Part shown: positions 1 to 14,927 of the stretch, in pieces
How the letters are laid out: each line of letters begins with the position of its first letter
How positions within the stretch are numbered: position 1 is the stretch's first letter
DNA from: Octopus vulgaris
Taxonomy: Eukaryota
Length of the DNA: 64,000 nt
Assembly: GCA_951406725.2 (NCBI GenBank)
Contig: OX597824.1
Coordinates: 15,748,001 to 15,812,000, forward strand
Reading direction: 5' to 3'
Translations under genes and position numbers: made by a program
The notes under the pieces: model-generated
Seen by the model: only the letters and a program-made list of their open reading frames with translations
What the model was told of the DNA's origin: nothing
Database searches by the model: none

Positions 1-252
1 TTATCTTAAACCATGGTCTAAGTGAGCTAATGTGATTTAAGAGACATAGAATAAGCAGAAATATATACATTTTTATCTGGTCAAATTTAAGTAGATTTAG
101 ACAGTGGTCTTTTATCTTGGAATCAGAGATTAAAGAAGAAAGAACCGAGGAATTTCTCCGAGTTTGGGGATATTGGATCTTCAGTTGAGTCAAATTAGTG
201 AATGTAAATTTCTATCAAAGAACATACACATGTAAATTCGCTCTCTCTTCTG

Positions 253-484
<232 letters not shown>

Positions 485-1132
485 GATTCTCTTTTGGAAT
501 CTAGAGTATCAAATAAGACTGTAAATAATGCCACGTAAATACGTGGTTGAAAAACCCATTTGGATAGAGAATATTGACGGTTGTCTGTGGGACACGAACC
601 TACGTCACCTGTAGACTTGACAGGGATCTTACCATTGTACCAAAGAAATCTTTCGAATTCCTCTAACCGTTTTAGAAATTTTATTCTTCTCAGCAAGAAT
701 TCTATTTTGTTGACTCATAAGAATTTTATAATCTTTCGAGAGAACGTGAAATGACTCTTTTTTGAATACCAAGGCTTTGAGGTGTATAGATATTGGGCTA
801 AAGAACCCTTTTGGATAGATTTATAGCATTATGTGAGTCCCAAGATTAAGAAAAAAACATTTCACATACTCTCGAAAGGTTATACAATTCTTATGACGTC
901 AACAATATATTTACATATACATGTGGTGTATCCATATATGAATACACAAATACATACACACACACATATATATATATATATACACGGCTGTGTCTGCATA
1001 ACGTATGCGTGTATGCATGTCGATGTGCATATATGTATGTATAAACATATATGCATGTATGCAAATATTTGCATGTGCATATCATATATGAATTACATGC
1101 ACTCTGCCTGCCTGCCTTTCTCTGTCTTTCTG

Positions 1133-1165
<33 letters not shown>

Positions 1166-1197
1166 GTGTATGTACATATATATATATATATATATAT

Positions 1198-1256
<59 letters not shown>

Positions 1257-1265
1257 TAATATGCA

Positions 1266-1306
<41 letters not shown>

Positions 1307-1458
1307 GTATATATATTCATGCATATCATATTATGATATTATGAAATATTTTCGAAAATATTGCATCACTGCTAAGAATAGAACTTTAACATTCCGCCAC
1401 AACAATATATTATCCTATCTCTCCTCTTAAATATATATAAGTATATACATATAAATAA

Positions 1459-1515
<57 letters not shown>

Positions 1516-2228
1516 ACACACACACACGCATACTTATAAATATAGATAGAATTCCCAAAAGTACACACATGTCCTTATCTTCAAAGTTTCGAATTGGTTG
1601 ATTTTCGAGCAGTTTGACAGATATGATATTGGTCTGAATGTTAAGTTTGGTTGGCATTGTCTGTTCCAAGATTAGCAGTTCTATGACTTAGCTGCATGGT
1701 TTTAGAGATTTCACAGAGATTAGAAGTTCTGCGCATGTTTCACTGTATCATCTATTTATGTGTGAATGCACCCATACTCAAAATAATACAATACTTATAT
1801 CTTAAAAGAAATGAAGAAACACCGTAAATAAAATTAATCTATGTATGTATGTATGTATGTATGTATGTATGTATGTATGCATGCTGTGGTGTGTATGTAT
1901 ATATCTATGTATGCATGTATGTATATATGTATGTATGTATGTATGTATGAATGTATGCATGTATGTATGCATGCTGTGGTGTGTATGTATGTATGTTTGT
2001 ATGTATGTATATATATATGTGTATATATATGCTTATATATATATATATATAAATAAATATGTATGTATGTATATATATATATGTATTTATACATATATGT
2101 ATCAGTAAGTAGATATATGCATGTTTATCCAGAGGTATATCTATGTTTAATATATAAGAATAATTATATCTATCACGACACATATACAAGCATATGATCT
2201 ATGTATGTTTGTATGTATGTATGTATGC

Positions 2229-2261
<33 letters not shown>

Positions 2262-2390
2262 TGTATGTATGCATGCATGCATGCATGTATGTATGCATGT
2301 ATATATCTATGTATGTATGTATGTATGCATATATGTATGTATGTATGTATGTATGTATCTATCTATGTATCTATCTATGTCTCTCTCTCT

Positions 2391-2467
<77 letters not shown>

Positions 2468-2807
2468 TAGATAGATATATCATCAGTGTGTCATATGTGA
2501 AGGCTTAAAATTGCACCAGGCCTTATATTCCGCATGCGCTCTTGCTTTTCTGCTGTGAAAAGAAATAGAATTTTCTCAGAACGTTCTGAGACGTTAGCAA
2601 AAATCTCGAAGAAAGTTAGGAAACGAATTATTATTATTATTTTTTTTTTCATATATAGAAACGAAAAAGAACGATTGACTGAAACTAAACCAAAAGAAAA
2701 TTATGTAAAATAAAAAAAAAACTGATTTACGAATTCTTTAGCGCGAATAACTGCTAATGATAAACAAATTCTTAAGGGAACAGGCCGATAAATATTCTTA
2801 TTATATA

Positions 2808-3201
2808 CTAGCAGTATCGCCCGGCGTTGCTCGGGTTTGTAAGGGAAATAACTATATAAACATTTTTAGAGATGTAAAGTATAATAGCCATCTCAATATG
2901 GCTAACCACAAAGGGGTGTGTGTTACTGTAGCTTTTTATGTTCTGAGATTTAATAATAAATTTTTAGAGAGTTACTTCCCTTATATATGCCAAAAATGCA
3001 TTAAAAATGGGAAAAAATTGATGGTAAATTTTTTTTAAATCGTAGACTCATCGTAGACGCGCGCTAATACCCAGAAGGGCTCGATATGAATCACGACCAT
3101 AAGATACCCGGTTTTGGTTACACTGCACCGCAAAATGTGGGAGTAGTTAGGAATCTAAATCGCAGGAGACAGACACACAATCTCTCTTTTATATATAAAG
3201 A
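2808..3201 (-). mobile_element. non-autonomous Helitron
   Basis: Minus strand reads A|TCTTTATATATAAAA...CCCGAGCAACGCCGGG-CGATACTG-CTAG|T: 5' TC, subterminal GC hairpin, 3' CTAG, inserted between A and T. Second copy at 10067. Confidence 0.85.
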
Positions 3202-3423
3202 TTATGAGGCGTCCTTTTGATATCAAACCCTGCACTTGCAAGTAGTCCTTGAATTTGTTTGCTGTGTTTCAGCGCACCAAATCACACACATTTTCCACAT
3301 TTGTCTTTCCATTCCAAAATATTATGGACATTTTTAACGACGAAAAAGAAAAAAAAAAAAAAAAAAAATGTCCTTATGACTCTTTGAGTTGATCATTGAC
3401 ACCGACCACTTATATATTGCTTC

Positions 3424-4825
<1,402 letters not shown>

Positions 4826-5094
4826 GTTGGTAAATTGTTGGTTTGGTGCCAAAATTTGAAACCAATATTTTATATATACTGTTGATTGCATTATTCAGAC
4901 GACTAGAATGTATATAATGTTGTTAGTCGACTGATAAAGATTCTCTGGTTTTTGTTTCTTGTTACTTGAGGCGTATCCTACGACTGGTGTTTATACGCAA
5001 CAATTTATATTTGGACGTTGTTTCCTTGAGATTGGATTTAAAGTTTAGATGTGGCAAATTTACTATCGTAGATATGTTTGAATGGTAATGTTGA

Positions 5095-5545
5095 GGGCAG
5101 CGAATTGGTAGAATCGTAAGCACGCCTGGCAAAATGCTTAGCGGTATTTCGTCTGCCGTTACGTTCTGAATTTAAATTCCGTCGAGGTCGACTTTGCCTT
5201 TCATCCTTTCGAGGTCAATTGGATAAGTACCAGTAACGCACTGGGGTCGATATAATCAACTTAATCCGTTTGTCTGTTCTTGTTTGTCCCCTCTGTGTTT
5301 AGCCCCTTGTGGGCAATAAAGAAATAAGTATTTCGTCTGCCGTTGCGTTCTGAGTTCAAATTCCGCCGAGGTTGACTTTGCCTTTCATCCTTTAGGGGTC
5401 GATTAAATAAGTACCAGTTACGTACTGGGTCGATGTAATCGACTTAATCCGTTTGTCCTTGTTTGTCTCCTCTATGTTTAACCCCCTGTGGGCAATAAAG
5501 AAATAAATATTGTTTAACCCCCTGTGGGCAATAAAGAAATAAATA
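5095..5545 (+). mobile_element. SINE family A with internal tandem reiteration
   Basis: A-box-like TGGTAGAATCGT, B-box-like GTTCAAATTCC, body GTCGACTTTGCCTTTCATCCTTTC, tail AATAAAGAAATAA; body present twice. Confidence 0.9.
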
Positions 5546-6335
5546 TTGAGGTTGAATTACTTGTAGACATTTATTCGTTTTTTTCTAAATGTGCTTCGAA
5601 TATATGTTCATCCATTTTTGGGAGATTGCTTGTCTGTCCTTTTGGTCATTTAAAAGGCCCTCTTCTGTCAGCAGACTTTCCGTTTGTAATTACTCGAATT
5701 TTATTCGATATCCTTCCTCGTTATTTCACAGGTGTCCTCGAATAACCAATTTCTCTTAATGTTACACGGGTCTATAATTTCTCCGTGTTCCAGGCAAGAC
5801 TACACCCAGTTTTGAAGACCATACTCTGAATTCTAAGGTTTAAAAAAAAGATGGATTACTTCTTAGTCATTGCCGCTTCCACGTCCTCTCTGGCCCGGTT
5901 TGGTAATGCCTATCAAAAGCCGAAGTTATGGGTTAAATAGTAGAAGGTAGTCCCGTAATTCGGGCACATGGGACTGAAAGTGCGGGTTCATAGACAAGTG
6001 TTACAAGGCAAAATGATATGTAGATGTACCTTGATGTGACATGAACCAGTGTCCCTGTCTCGAGGGGAACAGGTCCTGTACCTCAAAGCTCGGGACAGCT
6101 AGATTCTAAGAGAATAAACTGTAAATAAAATTGTAAAATGTTACGAGTAACCACTGTAGTATCTTTTCCAAGAAAAAAAAGCCCATAAATGTTCAGCCCT
6201 TGGGATGGAGACCCATGATGATCAACGTCTGTACACATGATAGATGAAGAAGAAGATGATGTCATCTCGACATTTATAATGACTTTCAGTTTGTACGCTG
6301 ACATAGGTATTAGTTCTGTCATGCTTTTTCACGAA

Positions 6336-6490
6336 GAGTGGCTGTATGGTAAGTAGCTTGTTTACGAACTACATGGTTCCGGGTTCAGTCCCACTATGTG
6401 GCAACTTGGGCAAGTGTCTTCTACTATAGCCTCGGGCCGAGCAAAGCCTTGTGAGTGGATTTGGTAGACGGAAACTGAAAGAAGCCCGTC

Positions 6491-6568
<78 letters not shown>

Positions 6569-6780
6569 TTGTGTGTCTGTGTTTGTCTCCCCAACATCGC
6601 TTGACAACCGATGTTTACGTGCCCGTAACTTAGCGGTTCGGCAAAAGAGACCGATAGAATAAGTACTAGGCTTACAAAGAGTAAGTCCTAGGGGGGGGGC
6701 GATGTGCTCGACTAAAGACGGTGCTCCAGCATGTCCACTGTCAAATGACTGAAACAAGTAAAAGAGTAAAAGAGTTAAAG
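6336..6780 (+). mobile_element. SINE family B (tRNA-like head, internal (TA)n, AGTAAAAG tail)
   Basis: TGGCTGTATGGTAA...GGTTCAGTCCC head; about 10 homologues in the window. Confidence 0.9.
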
Positions 6781-7322
6781 AGAAGAATTTCAAAACGATA
6801 ACTAAAAGACTGTTGTTTTCAAGTACTATACAGAAACATATATCTGTTGTCCTATCAAGTGAGTCTGCAATCTGACTTCGATCTGGCTGATTTAATCGCC
6901 GCATCACTGTAACTGGTAGAAATGATTAGCAGCAATACGTGTAACTGAGACCTCATTGCGTTGACTCTTATTGTTCTTCGTTGCTTTTATATCAACACTA
7001 GTTACATAGTCATGTTTACATTTACGAATTGTAGACTGAGGAAGTGTTGTGTTCAGGTAAGTACCAACAATTGAGAACGATAGTAATTCCTGTGAGTTGC
7101 TCAGGTAAATGAATATGGTCTTGGTTATGAAGTAACCGATAAAATAATGTCTTTTGTCTTACTCATGAAGCAGTAATTACTATCATTGTTTTATAATGAG
7201 TTTGGGTAGCTCAAAGTCTTACGTTCATGTGAAGTGAGTATCAACATGTGAATTAATTTGTTACGGTTTAATTTTATTGATGGAACTTTTATACTCAATA
7301 AAATCTGTCGACAATCAAAATG

Positions 7323-7480
7323 GAAGTGGGTCCTTTACTCATTCTTAGAGAAGGAACATCGTTCATCTGGTTGCTAATAGTTGACTTCACCGTAACTCAT
7401 CTCTATTCAGTTTGCTCACTATTTTTATTATAAGCTTCATTCCACAACACGCATTCACTCATACAATACACACAAACACC

Positions 7481-7511
<31 letters not shown>

Positions 7512-7542
7512 GTACATACATATATCTGCATGTATGTATGTA

Positions 7543-7577
<35 letters not shown>

Positions 7578-7859
7578 AGTGATCGAACCCCCCCCTTTTT
7601 ACCCCCAAAAGAAAAGCTCTACATTGTAATTTGTCCCCTCTGTGTGCTGCCCTGTGTGGCTAATAAAGAAACATATCTATAGATAAATAGATAGATAAAT
7701 AGATAAATAGATAGATAGAAAGATAGATTAGATACATACATATATATATATATATATATAATCATATGCATGTATATGTGTGGTGATAGATATAATTATT
7801 CATTCATATATATATGTATATATATATATGAATGAATAATTATATATTATTAATCGTGT

Positions 7860-7913
<54 letters not shown>

Positions 7914-8308
7914 ACACGCTTTTGTTATGTATAGTGAACGCTTTGAATATTGTGTATAAAAAAAGCTTAGCTCGTCTATAACGACATAGATATTAATCTA
8001 AACGTATATCTGATCATACAGAATTGAAATTCGTCTCATACTTAATTACTTTTTAATGTTACTTTGTTAGCATTGATATATTTATGCCTCCATTGCTTTA
8101 CCTGCTGCTGTTGTGCCATCGGTCAATCACCTTATTTGTAATCTAATCTGGACCTATTTTTAAGCATAAATTTATTCTGGTGTATGTCACCTGACATCTT
8201 TTCACTTTTTACTTCATTGAACAAGCATATTTGGCCGCATTTCGTTCGGACCCAAAGGAGTACTTCTTATTATTAATCAGTTTATATTTGATATTGTTTT
8301 GTCGGATG
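7323..8308. repeat. local segmental duplication, copy 2
   Basis: Collinear with 3424-4615. Confidence 0.85.
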
Positions 8309-8519
8309 TGAAGTATATATAAAAATGCAAAGTAAACTGTTATGGTTTAATTATCTGTCGAAATCAAATGTTGATCTTTTATGTCAAAAAATGTAGGCTC
8401 TATTTTTACACGGGGTACGAAAGAAATTACAGACTTTAAAAAAAATTTTAGCGTCTGGCAAATATAGAGCCAGTAAGGAGACAAATATTTATGTTCCGAC
8501 ATCCCCTTTAATTCGAGTG

Positions 8520-8570
<51 letters not shown>

Positions 8571-8583
8571 GTGTGTGTGTGTG

Positions 8584-8623
<40 letters not shown>

Positions 8624-8627
<4 letters not shown>

Positions 8628-8822
8628 GGTCCCGGGTTGAGTCGGGGTTAACCACAGTAAATAAGGTACTCAATACATAGCAGAGTAAATTAATTTATTA
8701 TATAGAAGGAGCTTCTACAGGACTAGAACTGTTTCATTCAAAAGAAATCATCAGGAAGCTTCCTGATGATTTCTTTTGAATGAAACAGTTCTAGTCCTGT
8801 AGAAGCTCCTTCTATATAATAA
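8624..8822 (-). mobile_element. TA-inserted element with 128-bp perfect palindrome (8695-8822)
   Basis: Palindrome centred on AAGCTT (8756-8761); homologue in opposite orientation at 41533-41746. Confidence 0.85.
8757..8807 (+). ncRNA. type I hammerhead ribozyme motif (mirror copy on - strand, 8710-8760)
   Basis: AGCTTC CTGATGA tttcttttgaat GAAAC AG ttctagtc CT GTA^GAAGCT: 6-bp helix I, intact core, ACAG/CTGT helix III; helix II weak. Confidence 0.75.
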
Positions 8823-8858
8823 TAAAAAAAAATATATATATATATATATGTATACATA

Positions 8859-8905
<47 letters not shown>

Positions 8906-9034
8906 ACATATATATATCTAAATATATGTGTGTGTGCATGTGCACGTACGCATATACATACGTATATGTATATATATATATATATATATGTATATTTATA
9001 TATATGTATATATATATATATGTATATTTATATA

Positions 9035-9090
<56 letters not shown>

Positions 9091-9091
9091 C

Positions 9092-9126
<35 letters not shown>

Positions 9127-9778
9127 CATATACATATGCATATTTTGGATACATGTATCTGCTTCTCTGTGTATGTATTTATGTATGCATGATTGTTGTG
9201 TCTGTGTGCGGCTGACAAGTAGTTGTGTGTGCGCGCGCGTATCTAAGAAAGAAAGACAGGGAGAGAAATGGAAAAAAGAGGGAGAGGGAGAGAGAGTGAG
9301 AGAAAGAGTAAGAGTGAGAGAGAGAGTAAATTAGATAAATATCTTCGATGACTTGGAAATAATATAGATTTCTCATACTGCAATAGTAAACATTAATAAG
9401 AACCTGTTTTCTGGCGGCGCTATTTGACCAGACTGTCACTAAGTGGTCTAGAAACTCGGCCAATCAATGCCTTATAGATATATTGGCCAGGAATTAAGCA
9501 GATGTTAGCTATTTGGTATTATAAATATAGGCAAACAGTTTGCTAGGATTAAAACACCATTCTAGCAGATATGCCTTTACTTTAAACATGAAAAGACGGC
9601 GTGCAAGGAGGCCAACCGTTCTGTAAATCTGTGATCAATACTGTTGTTGTTGCTGTTGTTGATGATGATGATGATTATGATGATGATGATGATGATGACG
9701 ATTATGTCGGCGATGGCAACTGCAACAACGATGCTGATGGTAATGACTAGAAGTTGGCAGCAACGACGACCTCGATAA

Positions 9779-9950
9779 AGGCGGCGATCTGGCAGAAACG
9801 TTAGCACGCCGGGCGAAATGCTTAGCGGTATTTCACCTGTCGCAACATTCTGAGTTCAAATTCCGCTGAGATGTCGAGTTCACCTTTCATCCTTTCAGAT
9901 TTGATAAAATAAGTATCAGTTGCGTACTGAAGTCAAAGTAATCGACTAGC
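9779..9950 (+). mobile_element. SINE family A
   Basis: GGCGGCGATCTGGCAGAAACGTTAGCACGCCGGGCGAAATG head. Confidence 0.9.
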
Positions 9951-10066
9951 CCACTTATTATTATCATTGTTATTAAGAGGGGCCTGTTCTCCTTTATTTG
10001 TCTCAATGAGCGATACATACATACACATATATTAAGTATACATGTTTATACACATATATACACAAA

Positions 10067-10364
10067 CTGGCAGTATCGCCCGGCGTTGCTCGGGTCTGTA
10101 AGGGAAATAACTACATAAGCATTTTTTAGAGAGTTACTTCCCTTATATAAACCGAGCAAAAAATGCGAAAGAATGATAGTAATTTTTTTTATAATCGTAG
10201 ACTCATCGTAGACGCGTACTAATGCCCAGAAGGGCTCGATATGAATCACGACTATAAGATACCCGGTTTTGGTTAAACTGCACCGCAAAATGTGGGAGTA
10301 GTTAGGAATCTAAATCGGAGGAGACAGACTCTCACACACACAACTTCAGTTTTATATATTAAAA
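10067..10364 (-). mobile_element. non-autonomous Helitron, second copy
   Basis: Homologous to 2808-3201 with mutated termini and without the ~98-bp internal segment. Confidence 0.8.
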
Positions 10365-10627
10365 TATATATGCATACATACATGCACATATATACTTACT
10401 TCTATATGTATATAAATACATATATATGTAATTTAAATAATTTGGGAAAACGAATTTCCAAATCAATCAGGTACAACCCTTCTGCATTCTATGCATCTGC
10501 ATATCGTACCTTGGGGTCTTTGTCATATATTTATACATTTATCTAAAAATATACAAAGTACCTAACAAAAGTAGAGGAATTTATCTGTAAATGTAATATG
10601 TGACAATTATTCGGTAGCCATTGGCCG

Positions 10628-10688
10628 GATAACTGAAGAGATGGCGGCGTGGATTCCCACCTCGGCATCCGAAACTCGGAGTTTTATC
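10628..10688 (+). ncRNA. type I hammerhead ribozyme motif
   Basis: GATAA CTGAAGA gatg..gtgg attc ccac..catc c GAAAC TCGGA GTT^TTATC; flanked by a ~19-bp inverted repeat (10603-10621/10689-10707); homologue at 54397. Confidence 0.75.
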
Positions 10689-10706
10689 ATGGCTACCGAA
10701 TAATTG

Positions 10707-10799
<93 letters not shown>

Positions 10800-11170
10800 T
10801 GTGTGTGTGTATGTGTGTGTGTGTGTGTGTACGTATGTATTATTGTCCCTACTTATTCAATAAACATCTTGTATTGGTATATTCAATTGTGATATGCCTT
10901 TCATATCTCTCTATTGCTCTATTATAGCTGTTTATGTCCGTCACGTAAATATTTGGGTTTAGCTCAAATTCGGATTAAATCTATCAACTCAAATCTAAAG
11001 AGAATCGATGATAGAGAATCACGATTATAAATTCCACATTTCACAAAGAACAATTCAGTTACGTATCGACGTATCGATATATAAAACAGAAAATTATATG
11101 ATATTGTATGATCGATTCTCTTTCGTCTCAAGTTGATAGATTAATCCGAATTTTGAGTTTAGCTTATATT

Positions 11171-11251
<81 letters not shown>

Positions 11252-11963
11252 GAGGCGGAAAGACGAATAGCTACACAAGAAAAGCATCGAAGACATAGTG
11301 GAATTTAATATACTAATCTAAAATTTTCTTTGAATCAGCGGCGATGGTAATTGAACGTGAGAATAGGGAAATGTGCAGAAAGCTACATTGAGACAAACAA
11401 CATTATTACAATTTACAACATAATATTGCAATATATACGGACAAATAGCATAGAGAAAAAACACTGAGGAATAAAAGATTAATAAAACAGAAAGAAATAC
11501 AGAGAAAACAATTGTACAATAAACGAACAAGAAACTGAGAATATCATATTTAGCGAAACGATTACAAAACTGTTTCGTATTGACAATGAAAAAATAGGAA
11601 CACGGGGAAATTGATTGGCAAAGGTAAAAATAATGTTTCAAATAGTAGAAATAAAACTGAAGAATATGGAACATCCAGTTCTTATTCAATATATGGTTCT
11701 ATTTGTATTGAATGGATCCATTCACTTATGTGTTCCGAGAGAATATATTTTCGGTTAAACAAATTTTAAGCGTGTTTTGTATCCTGAAATCATTTGTAAT
11801 ATTTGGCGTAACAATTAGGAATAATGACAGAAATAAGCGCGATGCACACACACATACATACACACACACACATGCACACACACACACACACACATATATA
11901 CACATAAACACATACACACACATACGCATACTTTCTCTCTCTCACTCACTTTATATATGTATA

Positions 11964-12116
11964 TGGCTGTGTGGTAAGTAGCTTGCTAACCAACCACATA
12001 GTTCCGGGTTCAATCCCACTGCGTGGCATCTTGGGCAAGTGTCTTCTGCTATAGCCTCGGGCCGACCAATGCCTTGTGAGTGGATTTGGTAGACGGAAAC
12101 TGAAAGAAGCCTGTCG

Positions 12117-12153
<37 letters not shown>

Positions 12154-12355
12154 CTGTGTTTGTTCCCCTAGCATTGCTTGACAACCGATGCTGGTGTGTT
12201 TACGTCCCCGTCACCTAGCGGTTCGGCAAAAAGAGACCGATAGAATAAGTACTGGGCTTACAAAGAATAAGTCCCGGGGTCGATTTGCTCGACTAAAGGC
12301 GGTGCTCCAGCATAGCCGCAGTCAAATGACTGAAACAAGTAAAAGAGTAAAAGAG
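11964..12355 (+). mobile_element. SINE family B
   Basis: Near-identical to 44054-44480. Confidence 0.92.
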
Positions 12356-12664
12356 TATATATATACAGAGAGAGAAAGCGACATGAAGGGAGTGATAGAG
12401 AGAGAGAGAAAGAGAGAGAGAGAGTTTTCTACACAGCTCTGTCTTCAAATTCGGTTACAAGCCTTTGTTCGGCCTGGGGTCAAAGAAGAGCTCACTTGCC
12501 CAAAGTGCCACATGGTTGCAAGGCAAGGTTCATAATTACTCAGCCATGCCGGAGTACCACCTATAAGGTGCGGTCCTTATTCTTAAGACAAAAATGTTCA
12601 AGCCAAAATCAACCCGAGATCCTTAATACATAGAAAAAAAAATCACACTACAATCTATGTTTGT

Positions 12665-13033
12665 TTGTAATTTGGACCTATGTTTAAACATGAATTTATT
12701 CTGGTGTATATCACCTGACAATCCCTCATTTTTTACTGCAGTTGAACAAGCATATCTGGGCGTATTTTCCTCTGTGCTGAAGGATTACGTCTTATTATTG
12801 ACCAGTTTATATTTAATATTGTTTTGTCAGATGTTATTTAAGATCCAATATTTAATACATACTATTCCACCGAGGTCGGCTATGCATATCATCCTTTCTG
12901 GATCGATAAAATAAGTACCAGTTGAGTACTGATGTCAATGTAATCAGCTTACCCCTACTCACAAAATTTTTGGTTTGGTATCCTGTTTGGAAATATTGCT
13001 TTGTTATATGGTCATAAATACTACCTTGTAGCT
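12665..13033. repeat. local segmental duplication, copy 3 (includes a SINE A fragment)
   Basis: Matches 4438-4825, including the same truncated SINE junction. Confidence 0.8.
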
Positions 13034-13599
13034 ATAATTTATCACTATTGTTCACTCTGGTGTTGTTACTGTAGTAATAAACCGGTGGATTCCCAAGCAG
13101 CATTTATATCTTTAACGCTATGGTCACCCTTGGATTGAAGGGTGTCGAAATCATAATGATATCCGAGTGGCTGATGATGATGTGAATACACGTTAAGCAC
13201 AATTTCGAATTTCTTATATCTTAGTCTCATTATTCTCGGGTTTTTTCATTGCTGTAAAGTGGAAAATTTTTGTGGATTCATAGTTTGTGGGGATCGTCCA
13301 TTTTTTGTATTTCCTCGTTTACTTCGTGGGTAATCTAATTAGGACTGGACAATGCTTGGTTATTTATGTCTAATTTGTGGGCGGTTCTGTTGCATTTATT
13401 CGAGAAAAAGAACATCGGAAGGAATAATTTTGCTCGTGTGTGCATGTGCATGCGTGCATGTGTGTGAGTGTATATGAGTGTGTTTGTGTGTGTGTGTGCT
13501 TCTTGGAGTGCATGTATATGTATGCATTAGTGCATACATATATATCTTTTATCAATGTGTATATACACATATATATATAGATATGTAAGCATATATATA

Positions 13600-13900
13600 T
13601 ATAATACAAAATGGGACAAGAACGCAAAACATCCGGACAACGAGGTGATACAAAAAGGGACAACAAAACATCCAGATAGACAATACAAAAAACAAGGACG
13701 GGTCATTTAAGCTTTCTATCCTCAGTCAGTGACCGGATCATCGCAATTTCGGCTGATTATTCTTGGGATTGCTCCAATCCGGCCAGCCCCAAGGAAGAAC
13801 TAAGCTAAGAGCATTAGATTCCTTGGAAGAAAGCATCGAATGTATACGAAAACAAGGACGGAAAAACAGACGATGTTACACAAATATAAATACAAAATAC
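13600..13900 (-). mobile_element. probable Penelope-like terminal fragment
   Basis: Microsatellite-flanked, T-rich 3' half on the - strand like the hammerhead elements; no convincing core. Confidence 0.35.
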
Positions 13901-13962
<62 letters not shown>

Positions 13963-13975
13963 TAATAATAATAAT

Positions 13976-14015
<40 letters not shown>

Positions 14016-14052
14016 TGCGTATATATGTCTACTAGTATATATATATATATAT

Positions 14053-14252
14053 AACGGGAAGCTTTATGAAAATAAACAAAAGACGAAGGCAGGTGGAATA
14101 CAAACAAACAATTGTATTAGTATGGCGCTCAGGAATATAAATAAAACAAGTCTTTTACGTTTCGAGCCTACGCTCTTCAACAGAAAGATACACAGAAAAG
14201 AAACACAGAAAGAAACAAGGAGAGAAAAAAATGCGTGCAGAGGCTAGCGAAT
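14053..14252 (-). mobile_element. TA-inserted element with variant hammerhead (14151-14188)
   Basis: Minus strand: TCTTT CTGTTGA A GAGC gtag GCTC GAAAC GTA^AAAGA; near-identical copy at 41776. Confidence 0.75.
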
Positions 14253-14927
14253 CTCTCTCTATATATATATACTATATATATATATATGTGTGTGTGTGTA
14301 TATACACACATAAAGAGGGAGAGAAAGAGAGACAATATAAATGGAAGTATTGTTTTTCTATATTTACCTATATGCATATGTACGTCGTGTGTGTGTGTGT
14401 GTGTGTGTGTTTGTGCGCGCATGTGTGTGTTTCTTATTGCTGAATTCGATGTTTTGTTGACGTTGGTGGCGTTACTAATGTCGTTAGATGCGTCTACGGT
14501 GTCGATTAATTATTTTTTTCTTCTGTGGCTGATGCAAACCACCATACTATCAATGAACGGTTTTAAACATTGCATTCTTAGGAGTGGACACTATCGTATA
14601 GAAACAGGAGAAACTAATCGATAAAAGATAAACTAATCAATTAAATAACGATTCTTGTTTCCACTTTCATTCGCAATTACTGTTATCTATTGTTTGTCAA
14701 TGAGAGACGATGCACTAGTTACTTCCAGTGATGTCCCATCGTTGATTCGTAAATGAAGAAACCTCTACCAACCCGCCCGTGTTTCTAGAAATAGCAGTTA
14801 AAACACGTTAGTATCACACGTTAAAACGGCCACATTAGATAAAGCAGTACTATACATAGCTAAAAAAAAGTCGGGACTGTCGTAGCTATTGCGTTTTTGA
14901 TAACATCCTGTAGGAATATGCCTAGAC

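Noticed and set aside
5575-5760. Protein-like reading on the - strand (LLTEEGLLNDQKDRQAISQKW)
   Set aside because: Interrupted by a stop with no recognisable family or splice signals; at most a decayed element.
13700-13760. CTGAGGA-TA-GAAA on the - strand
   Set aside because: No room for helix II and no valid cleavage triplet with helix I pairing.
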